A stretch of 64,000 nt of DNA from NCBI GenBank assembly GCA_043228905.1, contig JBHGNT010000004.1, positions 1,798,001 to 1,862,000 of the forward strand, written 5' to 3'. The position numbers and the translations under genes were made by a program. Numbering within the stretch: position 1 is the first letter of the stretch; every line of letters starts with the position of its first letter. This document shows positions 61,071 to 64,000 of the stretch, in pieces. A model generated the notes under the pieces. That model was not told the DNA's origin, ran no database searches, and was given only the letters and a program-made list of their open reading frames with translations. Source of the stretch: Azolla caroliniana (Eukaryota > Plantae > Polypodiophyta).

Positions 61071-64000
<2,930 letters not shown>

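Overview
Plant nuclear DNA, probably from a non-seed land plant (inferred only from the retrotransposon gag type). Bases 1-12,970 are a GC-rich stack of nested LTR retrotransposons: an apparently intact Ty1/copia, a gag-bearing Ty3/gypsy-like element, a solo LTR with a 4-bp TSD, a decayed copia and an older LTR fragment. The stack sits in an intron of an LRR receptor-like kinase (LRR-RLK) gene. Bases 13,000-64,000 are an AT-rich array of ~20-exon LRR-RLK paralogues: pseudogene A (+), apparently intact B and C (+), intact D (-) and the 3' half of E (-), plus kinase and TE remnants in a duplicated spacer. Between the convergent C and D lie a divergent U6 snRNA copy and the most novel-looking element: a ~100-nt box C/D-type RNA I do not recognise, with its own USE+TATA Pol III-type promoter and T4 terminator. 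Most short ORFs in the track are microsatellite or antisense artefacts. All calls are by eye and exon boundaries were traced manually.
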